64,000 nucleotides of DNA from Proteobacteria bacterium ST_bin13 (GTDB lineage Bacteria; Pseudomonadota; Alphaproteobacteria; Sphingomonadales; Sphingomonadaceae). Of the stretch, positions 36,714 to 43,706 are shown piece by piece (position 1 is the first letter of the stretch; each line of letters starts with the position of its first letter). The DNA lies in the NCBI GenBank assembly GCA_002083645.1, contig MSXQ01000013.1:10769-74768 (forward strand). The letters are read 5' to 3'. The position numbers and the translations under genes were made by a program. The notes under the pieces were generated by a model. The model searched no databases, was not told where the DNA came from, and was given only the letters and a program-made list of their open reading frames with translations.

Positions 36714-37012
36714 AGGCCCTGATCAAGGCTGATTGGGAAAATGCCGTCCTGATTTGCGCGAAATGTTCAAAGCGGCTGGGCGGTGGCTTTGGCCGCAATG
36801 GCAAGAAATCACTGGCAAAGGCGCTGCGCAAACAGCTGGGAATCAAACGCTTCCGCAAGGCGCCGGTCGGCATTGTCGAGGTGAAATGCCTGGGGGTTTG
36901 TCCGCGCGGGGCAGTGACGGTCGTTGATGCAAGTCAGCCGGGTGAATGGCGGCTCGTGCGACCAGGGGCCGATCTCGACGCATTGGCGCGCGAGATCGGC
37001 CTTCGTGCCTAG
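36710..37012 (+). CDS. Small Cys-x2-Cys / Cys-x3-Cys protein (possible thioredoxin-like [2Fe-2S] ferredoxin)
   Basis: 100 aa with CAKCSK ... CLGVCPRG. GTGA overlap with the J-domain gene. Confidence 0.45.
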   Translation: MKALIKADWENAVLICAKCSKRLGGGFGRNGKKSLAKALRKQLGIKRFRKAPVGIVEVKCLGVCPRGAVTVVDASQPGEWRLVRPGADLDALAREIGLRA

Positions 37013-38370
37013 GCTCGCCCTAACCGCTCGGCCATCCCAGGTGCCAGGGTACGAATGCCCTGATCGGCCAGCCAGAACAGCAGCAGCGATAAGCCGAGCA
37101 GGGGCAAGAGGATCGCCAACACAGCCAACAATATGGTGATGGTTCGCGCTTGCGGTTCACGTAGCGAGGGCGGGGCGCCTAGCGTGCCACTCGGCCGCTT
37201 TCGCCACCACATTTTCGTGCCGCTGACCGCAAGAAGGATGAGCATGACAGCGGTGAGCACGCCGATTGCCTGGTTGATCCAGCCAAATAACTGCCCTTCG
37301 TGCCAGGCAATGCCGTAATTGATGATGCGATCAATCACATGCTTGTCGGCAAAACCGCGGCGATCAATCACCGCGCCGCTATTGGCGTCATAGCGCACCG
37401 TACGGATAACGGACCGGTTTTGCGCCTCGCTGGTCAGCTTCCAGTAACGCCCATTGCCCGGGCCGAAACGCGCCTTGGCGCCGGGCGGGGAGAGTAGCGC
37501 GGGGAACGGCATGCTCTCAAGACTGGCGCGCCGGACGATGTCTGACAGGCCGACGCGCCCCGCAGCCGATCCCTCTTCCGGCGTCATCGCCGCCATTGAC
37601 TGATGATCATGCCCGGCGTGGAGATCCCCCGCGTGGAGATCAATGCCACCGCGCCAGTCCTGCGGCGTGTTGACCCAGCCCATCTGGCTGCGGATGAAGC
37701 GAAAACCGGTCGCCCAGCCATCACCCCAGGGCAAGCCGCTGGCCAGCATCACCAACGCCAGTCCGGAAACCCAAAAGCCCGTCACGGCGTGAAGGTCGCG
37801 CCAGCGCACGCGACCGCCTTGATCGAGGCGTGGCCACAGCACACCCGCCAAACCACGACCGCGCGGCCACCAGAGATAAAGGCCGCTGAGAATGAGGAAA
37901 ATCGCCCAGCTGGCGGCCGCTTCGACAATCAGGCTGCCCGGCGTCCCCAACAACAGCGAGCCATGCAGCCGGGCGACCCAGGCAGTCACTCGATCGTCGG
38001 GATTGGAGAGGGCAATCACTCGACCGTCTGGCGCGACCGCGACATCACGCATGCCGGAGTCGCCCGGCAAAGCGAGGTGGAGGACGGCGGCATCTCCGGA
38101 TGTTTCGGGGAGGCGATAGCTGTTGAACCGACCGCCGGGCACCGCCTTTAGTGCCGCGGCGAGCTGCACATCGGGTGATACGCGGTCGGCTGCGGATAGG
38201 CCATGCCAGGCGCTTTCTTCCCAGCGATCAATTTGGGGTTTGAACAGATAGATGCTGCCGGTGATCGACAGAAAGAAAATAAAGGGAAGAACAAGCAGTC
38301 CGGCATAGAAATGCCAACGCCAGACGGTGCGAAACAGCGCCGCACTGGGCGCTGGGGAAAATTTGGTCAT
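37009..38370 (-). CDS. PepSY-associated TM protein (PiuB-like)
   Basis: N-terminus FRTVWRWHFYAGLLVLPFIFFLSITGSIYLF. Several TM helices separated by periplasmic segments. Confidence 0.75.
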   Translation of the reverse strand: MTKFSPAPSAALFRTVWRWHFYAGLLVLPFIFFLSITGSIYLFKPQIDRWEESAWHGLSAADRVSPDVQLAAALKAVPGGRFNSYRLPETSGDAAVLHLALPGDSGMRDVAVAPDGRVIALSNPDDRVTAWVARLHGSLLLGTPGSLIVEAAASWAIFLILSGLYLWWPRGRGLAGVLWPRLDQGGRVRWRDLHAVTGFWVSGLALVMLASGLPWGDGWATGFRFIRSQMGWVNTPQDWRGGIDLHAGDLHAGHDHQSMAAMTPEEGSAAGRVGLSDIVRRASLESMPFPALLSPPGAKARFGPGNGRYWKLTSEAQNRSVIRTVRYDANSGAVIDRRGFADKHVIDRIINYGIAWHEGQLFGWINQAIGVLTAVMLILLAVSGTKMWWRKRPSGTLGAPPSLREPQARTITILLAVLAILLPLLGLSLLLFWLADQGIRTLAPGMAERLGRA

Positions 38371-38431
38371 GACAGGTCCTGATCACGGGCACCCGGCACC
38401 ACAAAGGGGCCGGGCTGGAGAGGTCGATTGA

Positions 38432-38830
38432 TCAGGCGCGGGCAGGTGGGCCGCGAAGGGGTGGTCTAAGAAATGCCCGCGATTGAGGGAAGGCCAGGGG
38501 GAGAAAAAACAGCGCGACCAGTGCCGCGTGGCGGAGCGCAGCAACCAATGAAGGCGGATCAATCGATCCCGTCGCCAGCAAACCCAGGCCCGCAAAAGCG
38601 CAGGGCTGCATTTCGCGATCGCTGCTGTCATGCTGGGTTGGCGCGCGACTATCGCCTGCCAGACTGACGGTTTTTACGCCCATCCCGGTACAGATCGTCA
38701 CCGCAAAGCCATGGCCCTGCGCGCTCGGCATATACCCCGCCGGCACCACAAATTTGATCGCCAATGCAATCACGGCCAGCAACAGGGCCAGTCGGGCGTG
38801 GTTGCGAATCAGATGACGGGCTGCCTGCAC
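38432..38830 (-). CDS. DUF2946-like small membrane/periplasmic protein
   Basis: 132 aa with an N-terminal TM helix and conserved-looking Cys (ICTGMG, PCAFAG). Typical partner of PepSY proteins. GTG start, uncertain. Confidence 0.45.
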   Translation of the reverse strand: MQAARHLIRNHARLALLLAVIALAIKFVVPAGYMPSAQGHGFAVTICTGMGVKTVSLAGDSRAPTQHDSSDREMQPCAFAGLGLLATGSIDPPSLVAALRHAALVALFFLPLAFPQSRAFLRPPLRGPPARA

Positions 38831-38889
38831 GCCGGGTCGCTACTGCACAATAAGGGCAAAGTCAGCCAATTGCGCTGATCAAGCGCTCT

Positions 38890-39294
38890 TCATGTGTAGC
38901 GCGCCGCGGTTTCGCGGATCAGCGCAATCATGTTGGGGATGCCCTGCGTCCGGTTTGAACTGAGCTGATTCTTGAGATCGAACGGGGCAAGGCACGCTTC
39001 GATATCGGTCGCAGCGATGGCAGCGGGCAGTTGATCCTGGACCGTCAGCAGCACCAGCGCGATGATGCCTTTAGTGATGGCGGCATTGCTGTCAGCCAGA
39101 AAATGCAGCGCGCCATCCTCGCGTCGGGTGGGATAGACCCAGACCGAGGCCGAACACCCGCGGACCAAGGTTGTATCGGCCTTCAGCGCATCGGGCATTG
39201 GTTCCAAGGCGCGGCCGAGATCGATCAACAGGCGGTAACGATCATCGGCATCAAGGAAATCATATTCGTCGTGAATGTCGGACAGGCTGGTCAT
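38890..39294 (-). CDS. sufE: SufE-like cysteine desulfuration protein
   Basis: VRGCSASVWV active-site Cys loop, 134 aa from MTSLSDIH. Confidence 0.85.
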   Translation of the reverse strand: MTSLSDIHDEYDFLDADDRYRLLIDLGRALEPMPDALKADTTLVRGCSASVWVYPTRREDGALHFLADSNAAITKGIIALVLLTVQDQLPAAIAATDIEACLAPFDLKNQLSSNRTQGIPNMIALIRETAARYT

Positions 39295-39319
39295 GCTTGT
39301 CCCGCTAGCGGGATGGACC

Positions 39320-39565
39320 TTAGAGGTCCACCCCGGCAGCAATGGCTTCCAACTTGCGGATTCGTTCCTTCAAATCGGCAATCTCGATCCGGGCGCTGGC
39401 GCTGGCGCCTTGCATTGCCGGCATTGGTTCGGGATGGGTGCGGACCAGTTCTTGCTGCTTGAGCGAGAGCCAGCCGCGCCAGCCAGCCAAGCCGGCAAAG
39501 GTTACCATGGCCAGCCCGGCCAGGCTCGCAATGGCCAGCGTCACGGATAATGTGGGGTCGATCAT
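39320..39565 (-). CDS. Psp-tail mini-protein 1 (81 aa: one TM helix plus a PspB-like zipper)
   Basis: GGAGGA SD lies 7 nt before the ATG. TM LSVTLAIASLAGLAMVTFAGLAGW, C-terminal IADLKERIRKLEAIAAGVDL. Confidence 0.65.
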   Translation of the reverse strand: MIDPTLSVTLAIASLAGLAMVTFAGLAGWRGWLSLKQQELVRTHPEPMPAMQGASASARIEIADLKERIRKLEAIAAGVDL

Positions 39566-39576
39566 CACAGATCCTC

Positions 39577-39819
39577 CTAGCGAATGTCGCGCAGCTTCTC
39601 GATCTCCAGATCGAGGCGGATGGCGTTGGTGTCGTCAGTCGCGAGCCGTTCGAGCACCGCGATCCGGTCTTTGAGAGCCTGAACATCATCGCGCAGGCGG
39701 CGCGCATCGGGGTCCCTGGCAAGCGATGGGCTGGCGCCCTGCGCTTCGTAGCGGGCACGCAACACGCGGGCACCGGCCACGATAAGGACCATCAAAACAA
39801 CGGCTGACCAAAAACTCAT
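39577..39819 (-). CDS. Psp-tail mini-protein 2 (80 aa: one TM helix plus a PspC-tail-like motif)
   Basis: GGAG lies 8 nt before the ATG at 39819 (alternative GTG at 39828). TM FWSAVVLMVLIVAGARVL, tail LKDRIAVLERLATDDTNAIRLDLEIEKLRDIR. Confidence 0.7.
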   Translation of the reverse strand: MSFWSAVVLMVLIVAGARVLRARYEAQGASPSLARDPDARRLRDDVQALKDRIAVLERLATDDTNAIRLDLEIEKLRDIR

Positions 39820-39848
39820 CGAATTCACTCCAAGCTATATTTTCTTTT

Positions 39849-40118
39849 TTAATTCAACGGCTTCGAATCACGCAGCTTTTCGATCTCGTCCGCGATATCG
39901 ATGCCTCGATCGGTGGTGATCCGTTCCAGAACGCGCACCCGCTGTTCGAGTCGCTCGGTTTGCGCGGCATATTGTGCCGCTTTCTCCGCGATCATGCTGG
40001 CTTCAGTTTCGATCTGCTTTTCACGAAGGCGCAGCCAGGGTTGGACGATCTGCTTGGCGACAATTGCAACGATTGGGATCAGCAGGGCGAAGAGGTAAAC
40101 AAGAATGCCGTAGTTCAT
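39849..40118 (-). CDS. Psp-tail mini-protein 3 (89 aa)
   Basis: GAGGA SD. TM GILVYLFALLIPIVAIVAKQIV, tail LEQRVRVLERITTDRGIDIADEIEKLRDSKPLN. The track ORF 39849..40331 has an unsupported N-terminal extension. Confidence 0.7.
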   Translation of the reverse strand: MNYGILVYLFALLIPIVAIVAKQIVQPWLRLREKQIETEASMIAEKAAQYAAQTERLEQRVRVLERITTDRGIDIADEIEKLRDSKPLN

Positions 40119-40128
40119 GATGCGATCC

Positions 40129-40449
40129 TCAATTCGGCTTGATGCGCAATGCTTCAATCTCTGCGTGGAGACTGTGTGAACCGTCGGTGACGATCCGCTC
40201 CACATTGGCGAGCCGATCCTTGATTGATCCAAGTTCCGCGCGCAGCTGGGCGTTTTCCTGGCTAAGGAGCTTGATCCGCTCGACCGATTCCTGATCGCTC
40301 TTGGGGTAAAGTGCCTGCCCCCAATGACCATCGAGCGGGTAACCGTTCTTGATCCGCAGCCACGTGGTGAACATCCAGCCGACCGTGCCGATCATCGTGA
40401 CGGTAACGATCAGTGGCGCGACGCGCATAAGCGTTTCGATCGAGTCCAT
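40129..40449 (-). CDS. Psp-tail mini-protein 4 (106 aa)
   Basis: GGGGAGG SD. TM VAPLIVTVTMIGTVGWMFTTWL followed by RIKNGYPLD, tail IKDRLANVERIVTDGSHSLHAEIEALRIKPN. Confidence 0.7.
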   Translation of the reverse strand: MDSIETLMRVAPLIVTVTMIGTVGWMFTTWLRIKNGYPLDGHWGQALYPKSDQESVERIKLLSQENAQLRAELGSIKDRLANVERIVTDGSHSLHAEIEALRIKPN

Positions 40450-40463
40450 GTTTCAGCCTCCCC

Positions 40464-40757
40464 TTAGCGTAGCGCGTCAATGTCGCGGGCAACCCGCTCG
40501 GCGGGATCGGTGGCGATCCGCTCGAGCACGGCGATCCGCTCTTCCAGTCGGCCGATCTGCCCGGTCAGACGCTGGTTCTCGTTTGAGAGCAGGTTGATGG
40601 CGCGCTCAGCTTCGGGATCATCCAGGTCGCGGATCACTTTGCCGCCGAATTCACTATCCAGGGGATAGCCGTGTTTTGCCCGGATCCAGGTCGTGATGAC
40701 CCAGCCCACCGTCGACATCAGCACGATGACGACGATGAATGTTTGACCATTACTCAT
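40464..40757 (-). CDS. Psp-tail mini-protein 5 (97 aa)
   Basis: GGGAGGGAG SD. TM FIVVIVLMSTVGWVITTWI followed by RAKHGYPLD, tail LEERIAVLERIATDPAERVARDIDALR. Confidence 0.7.
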   Translation of the reverse strand: MSNGQTFIVVIVLMSTVGWVITTWIRAKHGYPLDSEFGGKVIRDLDDPEAERAINLLSNENQRLTGQIGRLEERIAVLERIATDPAERVARDIDALR

Positions 40758-40790
40758 TGAAATAAACTCCCTCCCTTACCCCGAACCGGA

Positions 40791-41171
40791 TCAGCGCAGG
40801 CTGTCGATTTCGTCGGCAAGTCGCGTATTGCGGCTGGTATAGGCGGTCTCGATGTCGGCCAGCCGGCGGTCGATGTCGCGGAATTTTGAACGAACGTCGC
40901 GGGTGGTGCGTGCCGGGTTGGAGCGGACGCCCTGCCAGAATTTCTGATCCTCAACCGTCTCGTACAAGCCATTTGGCTTCGCACTCGCCATCCAGGCGAT
41001 CATCCAATAAGCGATCAGCGTCCAGGGGAAGCCCCCGGCCAACGTCAAGATCACTGTGCCGACACGGACCCAGATGACTTCGACGCCGGTATAGTCGGCA
41101 ATCCCGGCACAAACGCCCAGCCATTTGCTGTTCTGCTTGTCGAGATAGAATTTGGTGCGGCTGGCGCTCAT
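40791..41171 (-). CDS. pspC: Envelope stress response membrane protein PspC
   Basis: PspC domain KWLGVCAGIADYTGVEVIWVRVGTVILTL, one TM helix, tail FRDIDRRLADIETAYTSRNTRLADEIDSLR. Starts 1 nt after the pspB stop. Confidence 0.85.
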   Translation of the reverse strand: MSASRTKFYLDKQNSKWLGVCAGIADYTGVEVIWVRVGTVILTLAGGFPWTLIAYWMIAWMASAKPNGLYETVEDQKFWQGVRSNPARTTRDVRSKFRDIDRRLADIETAYTSRNTRLADEIDSLR

Positions 41172-41172
41172 C

Positions 41173-41445
41173 TCAATTCCTCCTGGTGATGTCGTAATCG
41201 AGGGCTTCGGGCGTGCTGTTGCTGCCCAGTTTCCACTCGGGGTGATCGGCGGCGATGATGCGTTCGATCGTGTTGAGCCGGTCTTCGAGACGACGGGCCG
41301 TGTAATGCAGCTCGTCGAGCAGCTTTTCGTCCTCACCCGTCAGCGACGAGGTTTTCTTCCACTGCGTGATATAATGAAGCACCAGCCAGGGCAGCCCGAT
41401 GAACAGGATGCTGAGGACGATGGCGATCGTCATGAATTCTTCCAT
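41173..41445 (-). CDS. pspB: Phage shock protein B
   Basis: TM IAIVLSILFIGLPWLVLHYI then LEDRLNTIERIIAADHPEW, resembling E. coli PspB as I recall it. Alternative start at 41433. Confidence 0.8.
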   Translation of the reverse strand: MEEFMTIAIVLSILFIGLPWLVLHYITQWKKTSSLTGEDEKLLDELHYTARRLEDRLNTIERIIAADHPEWKLGSNSTPEALDYDITRRN

Positions 41446-41446
41446 C

Positions 41447-42115
41447 TCAGTTTGCCTTGCCGATACGGGCCTTCAGCGCGGCAAGATCGGCATCGACCTT
41501 CTCGCTTGACCGCAGCTCGGCAATTTCTTCCTCAAGCGTTTTGGGCGGTGCGCCCAGGCTGAGCGCATCGGCGCGGCCTTCGGCGAAATCGACACGACGC
41601 TCCATGACCTCGAAGCGCGAAAACGCGTCCTGCACCTTGGGGCCGGCATAAGCCTCGCGCATCTTCACCCGGTTATGCGCGGATTCGAGCCGCGTCGTGA
41701 TCGAGTTCTGGCGGGTGCGGGCCTCGCGCAGCTTGTTCTGCAGCTTGGTGATGTCTTCTTCGGCACTGCGCAACGTATCGTCGAGCACGCCGATTTCGGC
41801 ACCGAGCTGATCAGCCATGTCGACCGCCTTCTGGCGTTCCACCAGGGCTGCCTTGGCCAGGTCTTCGCGATCCTTCGACAGCGCCAGTTCGGCCTTTTCG
41901 GTCCAGCTGTCCTGCAGCTTTTCCAGCTTGGCGATGTGCCGACGCATTTCCTTTTGATCCGCAATCGTGCGCGCAGCGGACGCGCGAACCTCGACCAGCG
42001 TTTCCTCCATTTCGAGGATGATCATGCGGATCATCTTGGCCGGGTCTTCAGCCTTGTCGAGCAAGTCGGTGACGTTGGCGGCAATGATGTCTCGGGTTCG
42101 CGAAAAAATGCCCAT
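41447..42115 (-). CDS. pspA: Phage shock protein A (PspA/IM30 family)
   Basis: MGIFSRTRDIIAANVTDLLDKAEDPAKMIRMIILEMEE, 222 aa coiled coil. AGGAG SD. Confidence 0.92.
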   Translation of the reverse strand: MGIFSRTRDIIAANVTDLLDKAEDPAKMIRMIILEMEETLVEVRASAARTIADQKEMRRHIAKLEKLQDSWTEKAELALSKDREDLAKAALVERQKAVDMADQLGAEIGVLDDTLRSAEEDITKLQNKLREARTRQNSITTRLESAHNRVKMREAYAGPKVQDAFSRFEVMERRVDFAEGRADALSLGAPPKTLEEEIAELRSSEKVDADLAALKARIGKAN

Positions 42116-42158
42116 CGGGGAACTCCTGACTAAATACGGGAAGATCGAAAGAGAGAGC

Positions 42159-42193
42159 GGCCGGGGTGCTTCAGGGGGAGCGGCACCCCGGCC
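42159..42193 (-). promoter_or_regulatory. Perfect 11-bp GC-rich stem-loop between leader ORF and pspA (attenuator or processing/stability element?)
   Basis: GGCCGGGGUGC-13 nt-GCACCCCGGCC followed by C/U-rich GCUCUCUCUUUCGAUCUUCC on the minus strand. Confidence 0.5.
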
Positions 42194-42212
42194 AGTGGCG
42201 TCGCCTGCGGGG

Positions 42213-42371
42213 TTAGGCGACGGGGACTTCGTTGATCAGGTGCGCTGTCTGGGCGGACTGAAGCGCGGCTGGCGCAATGGCGCCCATCACGCAGGTGGCG
42301 CTGAACAGCATCGCAAAGGCGATGGCGGTGATCGTGCGAACGGGGCTGGTTGCGTTGTAACCGGTATTCAT
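42213..42371 (-). CDS. 52-aa leader mini-protein of the psp operon (hydrophobic, not in ORF track)
   Basis: AGGAAG lies 7 nt before the ATG. Product is MNTGYNATSPVRTITAIAFAMLFSATCVMGAIAPAALQSAQTAHLINEVPVA. 42 of 52 codons end in G/C by my hand count. It lies downstream of the sigma-54 promoter. Confidence 0.45.
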   Translation of the reverse strand: MNTGYNATSPVRTITAIAFAMLFSATCVMGAIAPAALQSAQTAHLINEVPVA

Positions 42372-42431
42372 GGCGTTTCTTCCTGAGCCTTAAGTGTTTC
42401 GTGCTGCCCAATCGGCAGATACCAACAGCTC

Positions 42432-42448
42432 TGCAGGAACCGTGCCAA
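42432..42448 (-). promoter_or_regulatory. Sigma-54 (-24/-12) promoter of the psp operon
   Basis: Minus strand reads TTGGCACGGTTCCTGCA, against the consensus TGGCACG-N4-TTGCW (one mismatch). It sits in the divergent pspF-pspA spacer. Confidence 0.75.
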
Positions 42449-42547
42449 TTTTGAAAATGGCTGATTTGCGCCATTTATGAACCCAAGCTGTCAGATCTTG
42501 CCAATTTCACCTTGCCAAAGTTTGGGATTTTACGCCAAGTAATCGGT

Positions 42548-43594
42548 ATGGATCGCACAACCCAGGTCATCGGTCAGTCAGGCGTCTTCCTGGACGTGCT
42601 GGAGCGCGCCAGCCGGGCCGCCGCCCTTGATCGCCCCGTGTTGGTGATCGGCGAGCGCGGAACCGGCAAGGAACTGGTTGCCGAGCGCCTCCACCGCCTG
42701 AGTCCACGCTGGGACCAGCCGCTCGTCATCATGAACTGCGCTGCATTGCCTGAAACGCTGATCGAGGCGGAACTGTTCGGGCATGAGGCCGGCGCGTTTA
42801 CCGGCGCGACCAAGGCACGCGCTGGACGCTTCGAAGAAGCGCATGGCGGCACGTTATTTCTTGATGAGCTCGGCACATTGTCGATGGCGGCGCAGGACCG
42901 GTTGCTCCGCGCGGTGGAATATGGCGAGGTCACCCGCATCGGTTCATCGCGCCCGATCAGGGTGGACGTCAGGATTATCGGCGCGACCAATGAGCATTTG
43001 CCCGACAAGGTCGATCGACATCACTTCCGGGCCGATTTGCTCGATCGGCTGTCCTTCGAAGTGGTGACCCTGCCGCCGCTGCGCGCCCGCGCGGGGGATG
43101 TGATGGTGCTGGCGGAGCATTTCGGGCGACGTATGGCATCAGAATTGGGCTGGGCGGATTGGCCGGGCTTCACGCCAGCGGCGATGGAGACGCTGGTCAG
43201 CTATAGCTGGCCGGGCAATGTACGCGAATTGCGCAACGTTGTCGGCCGGGCGGTCTATCGTTGGGAACGCGATGGGCCGATTGATGAAATCCAGTTTGAT
43301 CCCTTTGCCTCGCCCTATGCGCCCGCCGCTGGCCCGCCGGGTGGAGCGCGTGCTAAATCTGATCCGGTCCCGATCAACATGTCGGCTGATACGCATCCCG
43401 ACGAGCCATTGGCGGTGTGTGACGAAGAGGGGCCGTCCGATTTCAAATCGCAGGTTTCGCGGTTTGAACGCGATTTGCTGTCCCGCGCGCTTGCCGAGCA
43501 TCGCTTCAATCAACGCGCAACCGCAGAGGCATTGGGGCTGAGTTATGACCAGCTTCGCCACGCCTTGCGGCGGCACGATCTGCTGCCCGCGTAA
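42548..43594 (+). CDS. pspF: Sigma-54-dependent activator PspF (AAA+ plus HTH, no receiver domain)
   Basis: GERGTGKE Walker A, GAFTGA loop (HEAGAFTGA), C-terminal HTH NQRATAEALGLSYDQLRHAL. Divergent from pspA. Confidence 0.88.
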   Translation: MDRTTQVIGQSGVFLDVLERASRAAALDRPVLVIGERGTGKELVAERLHRLSPRWDQPLVIMNCAALPETLIEAELFGHEAGAFTGATKARAGRFEEAHGGTLFLDELGTLSMAAQDRLLRAVEYGEVTRIGSSRPIRVDVRIIGATNEHLPDKVDRHHFRADLLDRLSFEVVTLPPLRARAGDVMVLAEHFGRRMASELGWADWPGFTPAAMETLVSYSWPGNVRELRNVVGRAVYRWERDGPIDEIQFDPFASPYAPAAGPPGGARAKSDPVPINMSADTHPDEPLAVCDEEGPSDFKSQVSRFERDLLSRALAEHRFNQRATAEALGLSYDQLRHALRRHDLLPA

Positions 43595-43706
43595 AATCCC
43601 AAGACGAATCGGTTGCGCAATGATCGCGGCGGACCCAATTGGGGCGTAACGGCGTTCCCAACGGTGAGCACGACGCGTGCATCACCACCCAACAGGAGAC
43701 TATCCA

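Noticed and set aside
42290-42310. Possible lipobox (LFSATC) in the 52-aa leader peptide
   Set aside because: Thr at position -1 is not a standard lipobox residue (G/A/S expected). I therefore do not call it a lipoprotein.
42130-42474. 114-aa Arg-rich minus-strand ORF in the pspF-pspA spacer
   Set aside because: Its composition is implausible and it spans the sigma-54 promoter and the stem-loop. The 52-codon ORF in another frame has a ribosome-binding site and gene-like third-position G+C.
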